Source: Chiloscyllium plagiosum
Taxonomy: Eukaryota
Assembly (NCBI RefSeq): GCF_004010195.1
Contig: NC_057718.1
Span: forward strand, 43,222,395-43,286,394
DNA length: 64,000 nt
Reading direction: 5' to 3'
A program made the position numbers and the translations under genes. Positions 1 through 10,920 of this stretch are shown piece by piece (positions within the stretch are counted from its first letter, which is position 1; every line of letters begins with the position of its first letter). The notes under the pieces were generated by a model that searched no databases, was not told the origin of the DNA, and saw nothing but the letters and a program-made list of their open reading frames with translations.

Positions 1-1769
1 TGTTAAACTTGGTGACAACTAAGTATAGCAATTTCTGTCATTACCTCTGCAGTCACCCATCGTAGAAAGACACCAGATGGTGTCATTGTGGTAAAGCACA
101 GTGGAAACAGGATACATTGAGTGATATCACAACAGTTGTGTGTAATAAATAAGCTTATATTGCCAATACTTTGGTTTCAATATGAATACCAAGTTAGCTC
201 TCCAGTGGTCTAAAATATTGTGTAGCATTTGGGAGCTATTATTAATCCAAGAGAGTTTTCGGCTTTGTAGTCAAAAATAAGTTATCCGAAATCGGTTCAA
301 ATATGCAGTGAATCCAATAGTATACTGGTAACTGTGAATATTAGTTCATTTTACTCTTAAAAGGCATACTTTGGCAATGGATTTTTTTAATGCACCCATG
401 CTTCCTGCTCAGGGGTGGCAGTTGCAGCCAAGTATTCTTTCCTCTTGAATCACACAGTTTAAAGTCTGGAAAAGGTTGCAGTAAACTCACTGATGATTTT
501 ACTGGTGATGCTGTTACCCACAGAAACTGTTGGCTTAACCGACTATCTCCTGAGCAGGACAGTTATGCCCTCTAGTACTGTAATCAGACTGCCACTGCCA
601 ATATCAGATCAGTAGTTGCTGTTTAGATTTTAGGTACCTAATGTATATGGAGAACTGCCTGTCTGTAATCTCAATTATTTAGCCTGGAAGAGAATTCTGA
701 GCATGCATTAATCGACAAACTCTCTTGTACCAATTTTGTGTGCACCCGAAGTTTTTTGTCTTTTAAGCATAATTTCTGTATTGTAGTTCCATTTGTCATA
801 CACAAGAATAGCAAATAATTACTCACAAGGGCTGACAAAGCCTAATATGGACATGAAGGAAATATTAACTGAAGTTTTTTTTTTCCTGAGATGCTTCAGA
901 AGTAATGAAAAGAAGCATTTTGAATCCATGTTGAGTTCATAAAGAATCATATTGAAAGATTAACATTCCAAAGGCTATTTCTATGTTAATTCTAAAAGCG
1001 CTATTTAAATAGAAGAGTGACAGCAGAATAAGCTTTAGATAATCATTTTGTACAGCTTTTTATCCAATTCACTTTAGCCAGAATGGTGTCTATGTCCACA
1101 GACACTTAACATTTATACAGTTGCATTTTTCTCTCCCAATTCCTCACTAAAACAAAAAGTTAGGCAGAAGTTCCACCAGCTGCTCACATATTAAGTAGTT
1201 TAGCTTTGCAACATCTATCCATTGTTTGAATAATTGGAAACATAACATTTTCTACAGTGGGAATATTAACATTTAGCTTTAAAGGATGATTTATTGCTAG
1301 TGAATAATTTCTGTTTTATTGCTATCCATCCATACTTTAATAGGACAGTCTTGCTATAACAAAATTAGTAAGTATTGATTGGGGAAGACATATTGAGAAT
1401 AATGGCAGCAACAACCTAGTGGTGTAGTGATAAGAATTCAGAGGTTGCAGGTTAGAACCCAAGGGCCACCTGACACTTGACTCCGCCAACCTCGAATGTG
1501 ATGCATTTTGTCAGCTCCTATCAAGACACCTCGAAAGACAACTTCACGTTGCCTTCAATGGGAGACAATGAGCACATAATTCTAATCTGTCCTTTTGCAG
1601 CCATTTCTTCTGTTTTGAAATTAGATTAAATATGGCTTTAGTTTGATCTTGCTATGGCAAGAGGGTAAGTGACCATGGGGGAACTCTACAGTAAAGACTG
1701 AGGAACAAAAGGTCACTGGTGAGAAGAGAGACATTACTGTGTTCAAATAGAATTGTAGCATTTATTCAA

Positions 1770-2074
1770 TTAGATTAGATTAGATTAGATTACAGTGTGG
1801 AAACAGGCCCTTCGGCCCAACAAGTCCACACCGACCCGCCGAAGCGCAAACCACCCATACCCTTTACCTAATACTACAGGCAATTTAGCAGGCCAATTCA
1901 CCTGACCTGCACATCTTTGGGCTGTGGGAGGAAACTGGAGCACCCGGAGGAAACCCACGCAGACACAGGGAGAACGTGCAAACTCCACACAGTCAGTCAC
2001 CTGAAGCGGGAATTGAACCCAGGTCTCTGGCGCTGTGAGGCAGCAGTGCTAACCACTGTGCCGCCGTGCCGCCC
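1770..2074 (-). mobile_element. HE1-type tRNA-derived SINE (elasmobranch V-SINE), full length
   Basis: The reverse strand starts GGGCGGCACGGCGGCACAGTGGTTAGC (A box) and contains GGTTCAATTCC (B box), the V-domain TGTGTGGAGTTTGCACGTTCTCCC and a CR1-like 3' end with an (ATCTA)n tail. Confidence 0.88.
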
Positions 2075-2843
2075 TAATTCTAAGATGTTTAATAATTTAA
2101 AGAAAATAAAGTAACTTTCCCTCAATATGCTATCTCGAACTGGATAGTAGGAAAGTGGTAGTTACACAATGATGTAGCAGGTAGACAAACATGCAGTGAA
2201 AACACATTAATGTGGAATGGAAAGAAGCAATCTGAATGATCAATTAGAAAAAAACTTCAGCAAAGTGACAAAAGTGTTCAAAATATTTTTAACAGACACC
2301 ATCTTATTTTTTCCATTTGGCCAACAATTAATTTATGTAAATCAAGATTATAGAGTATTAAAATTGTAAATTTTTGAGTTGTAATGTTTCTAAACAATAT
2401 TTCTATTGAAGACTTGTACCTGTCTCCAAATCCTTGATTGCTTTTTTATGACTGGTCCATCTCGCAAAGTTTGGAAGGCATTGGTGTGGAGGCAGGGAAA
2501 CAAGAGATAATTGGATTGGAGCACTGAGATGAGATTCACTTCCTAAAATCTGTCCTTTCTCTAGTTAATATGTACTTTGTGGCATTATTTATAGTTAAGA
2601 GCAAATTGACGTTTGTTTGGGTTGCAAAGCGGAGTTGGTCAGAACATCGGACTTTATCTGCAGTATTGGCTCAGGGGAGAACAAATGCAAGACTGAAGAA
2701 GGAAGGCATAATTCTGCAGTGATGAGGTTATGTAGGCAGTTTTCACTGTGTGAACTCAGGATTGACGATGGAAATAGTTGGATTAAAAACAAGTAAGATC
2801 ACAGAAAGGATCTTTCACAGATAGAAACTTTATGCAGGAACCA

Positions 2844-3010
2844 GGGCAGAATTTTTTTTGAGACTAATTGTTGAAGGAGAGAGCGTGAAAATAGAAGCAA
2901 TTTCCACTTGGAGGCAGTTCTGATTTTCCCACGCAATTACATTCTACTCCGTTCATTACATACGCAGGTGCAGTAAAAACACCACATTTTGCAGACAGAA
3001 AATTCTCCCC
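2844..3010. mobile_element. Possible short non-autonomous DNA transposon (Harbinger-like MITE)
   Basis: Imperfect terminal inverted repeats gggcagaatttt (2844) and aaaattctcccc (ends 3010). No clear target-site duplication. Confidence 0.3.
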
Positions 3011-3067
3011 CCTTTTGCCAGAACCTTCCAGGCTGCATCATTCAGGCACAAAATATACCAGGCACCT

Positions 3068-3362
3068 GGAGGAGTCCAGAGCTAGCGAGCATAGATTTAG
3101 GGTGAGAAGGGAAAGATATAAAAGGGACCTAAGGGGCAACGTTTTCACACAGAGGGTGATGCATGTATGGAATGAGCTGCCAGAGGAAGTGATGGAAGCT
3201 GATACAATTACAGAATTTAGAAGGCATCTGGATGGGTAGAGGAATAGGACGGGTTTAGAGGGATATTTTCCGGTTGCTGGCAAATGGGACTAGATTAGGT
3301 TAGGGTAAGTTGGATCAAAGGATCTGTTTCAGTGCTGTATATGCCTATGACTCTATGACTCA
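3068..3362 (+). mobile_element. CR1/HER1 LINE 3' end, 5'-truncated
   Basis: It encodes the CR1 ORF2 C-terminus (FTQRVMHVWNELPEEV...FRRHLD) and ends in a (CTATGACT)n tail. Confidence 0.85.
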
Positions 3363-3430
3363 CTGCAAGCCAGGAACATCACTCAACCTCTACTCATCAT
3401 CGTAACCCACCGCTTGAGATGTCAAGATAT

Positions 3431-3650
3431 CGGGGAAAACGCAGTGCTTGAGTTAGCAGTACCTCCTTATAGGTTCTCCTGAAGGCTACTGAAGAGAGAA
3501 GGGAAGTTCTTTTCCTTATGGATGGTGACAAAAGACTGACAAAGCAGCCTGGACAGGGGTGATGGTGGAGGTCAGTGTCCATGAAAAAAAAATCAAGAGA
3601 ACCTAACTCCAGTGTGGCAAGAGGATGAATGATCTGCTGCACCCCGCCAG
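3431..3650 (+). mobile_element. Decayed PIF/Harbinger Myb/SANT-like ORF remnant
   Basis: Manual translation through two stops and one frameshift gives RGKRSA*VSSTSL*VLLKATEERREVLF.../KAAWTGVMVEVSVHEKKIKRT*LQCGKRMNDLLH, the Myb_DNA-bind_5 (NAIF1/MSANTD-like) pattern. Confidence 0.65.
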
Positions 3651-3917
3651 AGTGCATAACTCTAGCTACAGAATGCCTCGAGCTCCTGTGAGTATAAGCT
3701 AGCATTGGAGACGCCACTGCAGAGGACCTTAACACTGGAGGTTGGATGACAGGCATCTCCTTCAGATGCCTGCTGTGCAATCAGTGTCTGACACCTCATT
3801 GCAGCTACCAGTGTTGCATTCCTGGCATCACAATGGCACTGCTTCTCACATAGCTGCCAAGATTCATCCTTAAAACATAAAGGAGGTACAACACTCAGCA
3901 GCTCACACATCACAGCG

Positions 3918-3975
3918 CAAAAGCCCTTCATCAGGAATGAGCCTGATGAACTTTTCCAGTACCACTTTAATCTTG
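3918..3975. mobile_element. Small remnant of Penelope-like inverted pLTR junction
   Basis: aagcccttcatcagg-aatgag-cctgatgaa-cttttccag shares motifs with the 33050-33146 and 53994-54205 copies. Confidence 0.5.
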
Positions 3976-4663
3976 AGCTCACACATCAGGTCACTGACAT
4001 TTATCACAACTAGAAAAATGCACACGTTTGATGGTGGTTCTGTAACGTCTGGTGTGAGAAAAGGAAGCAGCCACAAAAGACGGCCTGTGCTATATGGCAA
4101 TATCAGTGTGGCTGCCTTATTTGGACAGGCTTGTTTGCCCAGTCAGACTCTATTCTGATCACTTGTCAGTCATTAACAATAACAAGCCTGACTGCCAAGT
4201 AACTGAAGAGGTTTGTAGTCACAGGAGGTTGGAGGAAGGAGTCTACCCCACCAGGTACATGGCTCCTCTATACATTTAGGTTCGTGAACCTTAATTCCTA
4301 TATTTGGCTCACAGGATTGTGCCCTCTATTGTTTTAATACAAAGTCATGACATGCTAATGAATACAAAACAGGTTCCAGATTATGGCAGTCAGAAATGTC
4401 TGAAAGTCCTGAGGACTTAATAGCAAAACTTTAACCTGCCATTGGAAAACTGTATCTTTTCCTCAGGCAGAATTCCACCAAAGAGGCAGAATTAATTCGG
4501 TGTGACTCGTTCTCACCATTGGGAACCACATGTGCTCCCCTTTCGCAGACCCAGTGCTATCATGAGTTAGTCAGGCACTTAACTGGACAGCGATGGGTCT
4601 TGCACTTGGTCAAGTCCCTGGTACAATGGAAGTCCTGACCCAAGAGCTATTGGTCAATTGAAA

Positions 4664-4697
4664 GCAGTTGGCCCTCCAGTGCAGTTGGCCCTCCAGT
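4664..4697. repeat. Perfect 17-bp tandem duplication GCAGTTGGCCCTCCAGT x2
   Basis: Seen directly in the sequence. Confidence 0.9.
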
Positions 4698-6219
4698 AGC
4701 CGACAGTCCTGCATCCAGGACAGCAAGAAGAAACATCTGTGGAGCCTGAGGAAAGGTTAATGTTGGCAGGGTGAGGGTGGTGGGCAGCAAGTGAGTCAAA
4801 AGCAATGGCAGGGGGCTGGCTTCCGGTCGACCCTCCCATTGCAAAATCAGGCATTTCGATGGGTCTCCTGGCAAAGACAAAAGGATTCAGTAGGAAGCCT
4901 CCTTGCATGGCAAGCGACCTACTCAATGCTGGGAGATTCCCAGTAACTCCAGGCTAAGTTACTTAAGCAGACCTTAAGTGACTACATAAAGGGCCTCAGG
5001 CAGTAACAGGTGCGCCCCACTCCTTGGTTTTGCTGGCAGGTATGTGTTTATGTAGGTAGACATGTGTCCACCTTCTCTCATACCCTCTGTCTGTGAATTT
5101 GCCTGGCAAACATCAAATTGTATAAGTGCCTATGATTATTATCAATTTGCTATCTTACCTCCTTGACACAGGACAGTTAGATGAAATTAACTCTGTGGCC
5201 AAATGTGGGCAATCGTTCTAAGTATGTGTTTGCTGTTGGGAGCTAAACTACAGAAGACCAACTCCTCTGTCTGTGCTTATTTTGTTCATTTACGTGAAAT
5301 TTGGCCTGTAAAATGACAGTGAATAAATGACGAAATTCAGATGTCTTTTCAGAAAGGCAAAACACAACCAGTGAAATTTTATTTAATTCAGGGTTTTTAT
5401 GGTCATTTCTCCAGTAAAATGAAAGCTAAAGTGGTCCCTGTGGCTAAAATCTAAAACAGCCTTGTTGTTTATTGGGGTGAGAAGAGGTGATCAACTGCCT
5501 ATATATATATTAATCGATTATAAATTTAATTGACTAATGATCATCCATTTGATTAAAGGTTTGGCTGTCATGTTTGTTTATGCCATTGATATTCATTGTG
5601 CTTCACAATTAATCAGTGGTATAAATTGAAATAATTGCACTCTTCATTAGTATTAATTGAATCTTTTCATGCGTGTTGGAAAGTACTAACCCTTACCCTG
5701 CTGAACAGAAATAAATCTGTCACACATGTTCACATGTATTATTCAAAATTAAAGAAAAACTTAGTCTTCTCCCATCCAGAAGAAAATTCAGCTCTTTATG
5801 CAATTTATAGTAGAGGATAAAATCAACCATTTCTATGCTGAGAGCTTAGACATTTTACCTACGTTGAGTGAAAAGGGAAAACAATTTGGTTGACTAATGG
5901 CACCATTGTCAGATTAAATGATGAGGTTGATCCCATCTGGAATAGGTATGGACTTGCCAGAGAGAGACTGAGGCACTGGCCTGAAGCTAGCCACAGAAGG
6001 TTGGAATCATTTTCATATTCAGGCCTTTTCAGCCGTAAGTTGGGGGAAACGCCAAGCATTCACTAAGTCAACAGCTCCTTGTCAAATCAGGCTGTGTCAT
6101 AAGCTAGCCACACTGGATATTGGTGGTAAAAGAGGAGGACATGCGCAGGCCCGTTCAGTATTTTGCAAACCACGCAATCGGTTGTACAAAAGGGTGTAAC
6201 TAGTACTGAGTATCCACAG

Positions 6220-6465
6220 GCATAGCTTGTATACAACGAAGGCCAAGTTGTCACATGAAATGCAATAGATTATCTCATTGAGTTGCACAAACAACACTTG
6301 CAGTCCTGAACTGCTGTGGAGGAGCCCTGCAGCCCTCAGTAGAGTGGGTGTTCAGACTCGTAGTCATCTGCTGCAAGCTGCACCACCTCACGATAAGCGA
6401 GTAACCTTTGGATAGAGTGAGTGTTTGTGTAGGAGGAGCAGGAGGAAGACGAGAAGGAAGATTTA
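6220..6465 (+). mobile_element. Decayed PIF/Harbinger DDE transposase (HARBI1-like) C-terminal remnant
   Basis: Manual translation gives YNEGQVVT*NAIDYLIELHKQH, then a frameshift, then LNCCGGALQPSVEWVFRLVVICCKLHHL and an acidic tail EEQEEDEKED. This matches the Harbinger pattern YNxxHxxTRxxIExxxGxLKxRFxxL...GGALQY...CCxLHN. Confidence 0.75.
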
Positions 6466-7510
6466 AAACAAAGAAACCTCAACAATCTTTCTCAGTGAAG
6501 GAAAAACCCTCCAAAATATGGAATCTGATTTATAGAGATTATTCGATAGAGATTTTTCACAGGACGTAGAACAGTACAGCACAGGAACAGGCTATTTGGC
6601 CCATCATGTCTGCACCAATCATGATACCTTCTAAACTCATTGTATCTGCCTGCACATGTCCCATATCCTTCCATTCCCTGTGTATTCACGTGTCTGTCTA
6701 AATGCCTCTTAAATGTTACTATCATCTCTGTTTCTACCGCCTCTCCTGATAGCATGTTCCAGGTACTACCACACTCTGTGTAAAAAATGTGTGCTTTGCA
6801 CATCTTCTTTAAACCTTTGTCTCTCACCTTGAATGTATGCTGCCTAGTATTTCCACCTTGGGAAATAGACTCCAACTGTCCACTTCTTTCATGCCCCTCA
6901 TAATTTTACATGCTTCCATCAGGTCACCCCCTCAGCCTCTGAAGCTGTAAGGAAAATAATGCATTTACATTCACTCCAAAGCCTCCATATCCTTCCCATA
7001 GTGTGGCGATCAGAACTGTGCACAGTACTCCCAATGTGACCGAACTGAGGTTTTTTACAACTGCAACATGATTTGCCAACTTTTATACTCAGTGCCCTGA
7101 CTGATGAAGGCAAGCATGTCATACACCTTCTTTACCACCTTATCTGCTTGTGTTGTCACTTTCAGGGTGCTATGGACTTGCACTCCAGGGATCCTTCCAT
7201 ATATCAATGCTCCTAAAGGTCTTGCATTTACCATATACTTTCCTCTTGCATTTGACCTTCCAAAAGTCATCACCTCGTGCTTGTCCAGATTAAACTTCTG
7301 TGCCCAATTTTGAAACTGACCTATATCCTCCTGTATACTTTGACAGCCTTCCTCACTATCCATCAATCCACCAATTTTCATGACATCTGCAAAGGTACTG
7401 ACCAGACCCACCTACATTTTCGTCCAGATCATTTATATATTACCATCAAGAAGTCCCAGCACTGGTCGTTGTGGAATACTATTGCTCATAGACCTTCAGT
7501 CAAAAAACAC

Positions 7511-8668
7511 AATAGACAATAGATGCAAGAGTAGGCCATTCTGCCCTTCGAGCCTGCACCACCATTCAATATGATCATGGCTGATCATCCTTAATCAGTA
7601 TCCTGTTCCTGCCTTATCTCCATAACCCTTGATTCCACCATCCTTGAGAGCTCTATCCAACTCTTTCTTAAATGAATCCAGAGACTGGGCCTCCACTGCC
7701 CTCTGGGGCAGAGCATTCCACACAGCCACCACTCTGTGGGTGAAGAAGTTTCTCCTCATCTCTGTCCTAAATGGTCTACCCCGTATTTTTAAACTGTGTC
7801 CTCTGGTTCGGCACTCACCCATCAGTGGAAACATGTTTCTTGCCTCCAGAGTGTCAAATTTTAATAATCTTATATGTCTCAATCAGATCCCATCTCAATC
7901 TTCTAAACTCAAGGGTACACAAGCCCAGTCGCTCCAGTCTTTCAGCATAAGGTAGTCCCGCCATTCCAGGAATGGTCCAGGTGTGGTCTCACTAGGGCCC
8001 TGTACAGCTGCAGAAGAACCTCTTTGCTTCTATACTCAATCCCTCTTGTTATGAAGGCCAGCATGCTATTAGCCTTCTTCACTACCTGCTGTACCTGCAT
8101 GCTTACCTTCATTGAGTGGTGTACAAGAACCCCCAGATCTCTCTGTACTGCCCCTTTACCTAAATTGATTCCACTTAGGTGGTAATCTGCCTTCCTGTTC
8201 TTGCCACCAAAGTGGATAAGGATCCATTTATCCACGTGAAAGTGCATCTGCCATGCATCTGAGCACTCACCTAACTTGTCCAGGTCACCCTGTAATCTCC
8301 TAACATCCTCATCACATTTCACCCTGCCACCCAGCTTTGTATCATCAGCAAATTTGCTAATGTTATTACTAATACGATCTTTTATATCATTAACATATAT
8401 TGTAAAAAGCTGCGGTCCCAGTACTGATCCCTGCGGTACCCTACTGGTCACTGCCTGCCATTCCGAAATGGAGCCGTTTATCACTACTCTTTGTTTCCTA
8501 TCAGCCAACCAACTTTCAATCCAAGTTAGTACTTTGCCCCCAATGCCATGTGCCCTAATTTTGCTCACTAACCTCCTCTGTGGGACTTTATCAAAAGCTT
8601 TCTGAAAGTCCAGGGACACTACATCTACTGGATCTCCCTTGTCCATCTTCAGAGTTACATCCTCTAAA
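7511..8668 (-). mobile_element. Younger CR1 LINE, 5'-truncated, with reverse transcriptase remnant
   Basis: ORF 7942-8673 has the RT motifs LDFQKAFDKV, VPQGSVLGP and KFADDTKLGG. ORF 7595-7882 has the ORF2 C-terminus. There is a (CTATTGT)n tail at ~7508-7522. Confidence 0.92.
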
Positions 8669-9089
8669 TACACCCCTCCACAGCTAGCCTGTTTTCTATG
8701 ACCAATCCAATTTTGTATTCAACTTGCCAACTCATTGTGGATCACTTGTGACTTTATCTTTTGGACCGGCCTATCATGAGGTACATTGTCTACATGGACT
8801 TGAATGAAGCCTTTGACAGTGTCTGCTGCTCTACCCTCATCAATCATCTTTGTCACTCGCTCAAAAAACTCAATCAAATTTGGGACCTCCCCTGCACAAA
8901 GTCATGATAACTAAGCATTCTTTTCCAAATGTGAGTAAATCCTGTCCCTAAGAATCTTCTCCAATAATTTCCCTACCACAGATGTAAGGCGCACAGGCCT
9001 ATACTTTCCTGAATTATCCTTTTGCCCTTCCTAAACAAAGGACAAGATTGCCTATTCTCTAGTCTTCTCAAACCTTGCTTGTGGTTAAA

Positions 9090-9336
9090 GAGTCATAGAG
9101 TCATAGAGATGTACAGCACGGAAACAGACCCTTCGGTCCAACCCGTCCACGCCGACCAGATATCCCAACCCAATCAAGTCCCACCTGCCCGCACCTGGCC
9201 CATATCCTTCCAAACCCTTCCTATTCATATACCCATCCAAATGCCTCTTAAATGTTGCAATTGTACCAGCTTCCACCACATCCTCTGGCAGCTCATTCCA
9301 TACTCGTACCACCCTCTGCGTGAAAAAGTTGCCCCA
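9090..9336 (-). mobile_element. Short CR1 3'-end insertion (~245 bp)
   Basis: It encodes VRVWNELPEDVVEAGTIATFKRHLD with a (CTATGACT)n tail and is closely similar to the 33251-33502 copy. Confidence 0.88.
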
Positions 9337-10212
9337 AAGATCTCTGTCAAGGTTTGAGCAATCTCCTTCCTTGCCACCCTCAGTATTCTAGGATAGATTC
9401 CATCACGCTGTGGGGACTTATCTACCTTAATGTTTTTCAAGACTTCCTCCTCAAAATTCACATGCCCTAGAATATCAGTATACCATTGATGAATACCAAT
9501 GCAAAGTACTTATTAAGGACCTCATCCACTTTGGCTCCATGTGTAAATTCCCTACGTTGAAGTTGAGTGGACATACACTTTTCCTAGCTACACTCTCTTG
9601 CTCCTAATGTACATATGAAGTGCCTTGGGATTTTCCTTAATCCTGCTTGCCAAGGACATTTCATGGCCCTTTTAGCCCTCGTAATTCCTCGTTTAATTTC
9701 TTTCCTGTTTTCTTTATAATCCTCAAGGGCCTTGTCTGATTTCAGTTTCTTAACCCTGACATATGCTTCCTTTTCCTTTTTGATTAGCCTTTCAATATCT
9801 CATGTCGTCCAGGGTTTCCCAAATCCTGCCATCCTTATTTTTTATCCTCACTGGTACATGCTGGGCTGGAACTTCGATCCTTCCTTGAAAAGACTCCCAA
9901 ATGTTAGATGTGGATTTACCCTCAAACAGCTGCTCCCACAATTTAATTTCTCCAGTTCCTGCCTAATAATGTTGTAATTAGCCTCCCCCTCCACCCAAAT
10001 TAGCATTTCCACCCGAGAACTAGTGTTGTCCTTAAACATAACTATTTTAAACCTTAATGAATTATGATTACTGTTCCAAAATGCTCCCCAGCTGAAATTT
10101 CAGTCACCTGGCCAGGCTCATTCCCAAATACAAGGTTGTAAATTTGCTGAATTGAGCCCTGGCTAAGGTATGTGGTGCAGATTTGAAATATATTCACTGA
10201 ATTTGGTCACTT

Positions 10213-10345
10213 ACAGTCATATAATACGGCAACAGACCCTTTGGTCCAACCAGTCCATGCCAAACATAATCCCAAACTAAACTGCCTGCTCCAGGCCCAT
10301 ATCCCTCTAAACCTTTCCTATTTATGTACTTATCCAAATGTCTTT
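10213..10345 (-). mobile_element. Short CR1 3'-end fragment
   Basis: It encodes RHLDKYINRKGLEGYGPGAG plus a CR1 3' UTR-like sequence. Confidence 0.7.
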
Positions 10346-10519
10346 CAGATTTGTAATTGTGAATTTCTTGTGACAATGCATTCAAATCCTCAAAATTTGG
10401 CTCTTGGCTTTCACCTCCCTAACTATCTGCCTCATGAGTGTGTGTCTGGTGCCCTTTTGGTTGCTTCTTCCTTCCTTATACATGCTCCACTACAGTGTCC
10501 TGGGCAACATCAAAAGGTT

Positions 10520-10920
10520 TTAACACCCTCACTGGATTCTGGAAAGATTCCAGCAGATTGGAAAATCGCTAACGTGATGTCCTTGGTAAAGAGAAGATGT
10601 TTCCACTAATGTGAAAGTCTCAAACTAGAGGACATGGTTACAGGATAAAGAGACTCTTTTAAAACTGAGCTCAAAGACTTACTTCTTCCAGAGAGTAGTG
10701 AATGTCTGGAATTCTCTACCATAGAGAGTTGAGGAAGCTGGATCACAGCAAGTACTTAATAAGGAGATGGATAGATTTTCTAATAACAGGATGCTGAGGG
10801 CCATGATGATAGTTGACACAAAAGCGTTGTTGAGGCCTGAAGTGGATCAGCCATGATTGTATTGAATGGTGGCCCAAGCTTGGGGCAGAAAGGCCCTCTT
10901 CTGATTCTATGTCCTTATGC
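10520..10920 (+). mobile_element. Internally deleted CR1 LINE fragment
   Basis: The pre-RT motif SLDSGKIPADWKIANV is joined directly to the ORF2 C-terminus (atgtttccacta...actagaggacat) and the 3' UTR. Confidence 0.7.

Larger units (their letters stand above)
6562..10135 (-). mobile_element. Old CR1 LINE (ORF2 RT region to 3' end), interrupted by two younger CR1 insertions
   Basis: Minus-strand ORF fragments carry CR1 motifs (STFADVMKIGG, KVVKKVYDMLAFISQGTEYKS, NIKVDKSPQRDGIYPRILR, ANYNIIRQEL). The 3' tail is at ~6565. Confidence 0.8.

Noticed and set aside
2000..2074. tRNA-like sequences (also at 51648, 28855, 49515, 1415)
   Set aside because: These are SINE heads or weak A/B-box-like fragments without a complete cloverleaf, not tRNA genes.
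7942..8673. 243-aa reverse transcriptase ORF as a host gene or novel RT system
   Set aside because: It is a 5'-truncated, internally deleted CR1 copy with a typical tail, not a functional gene.
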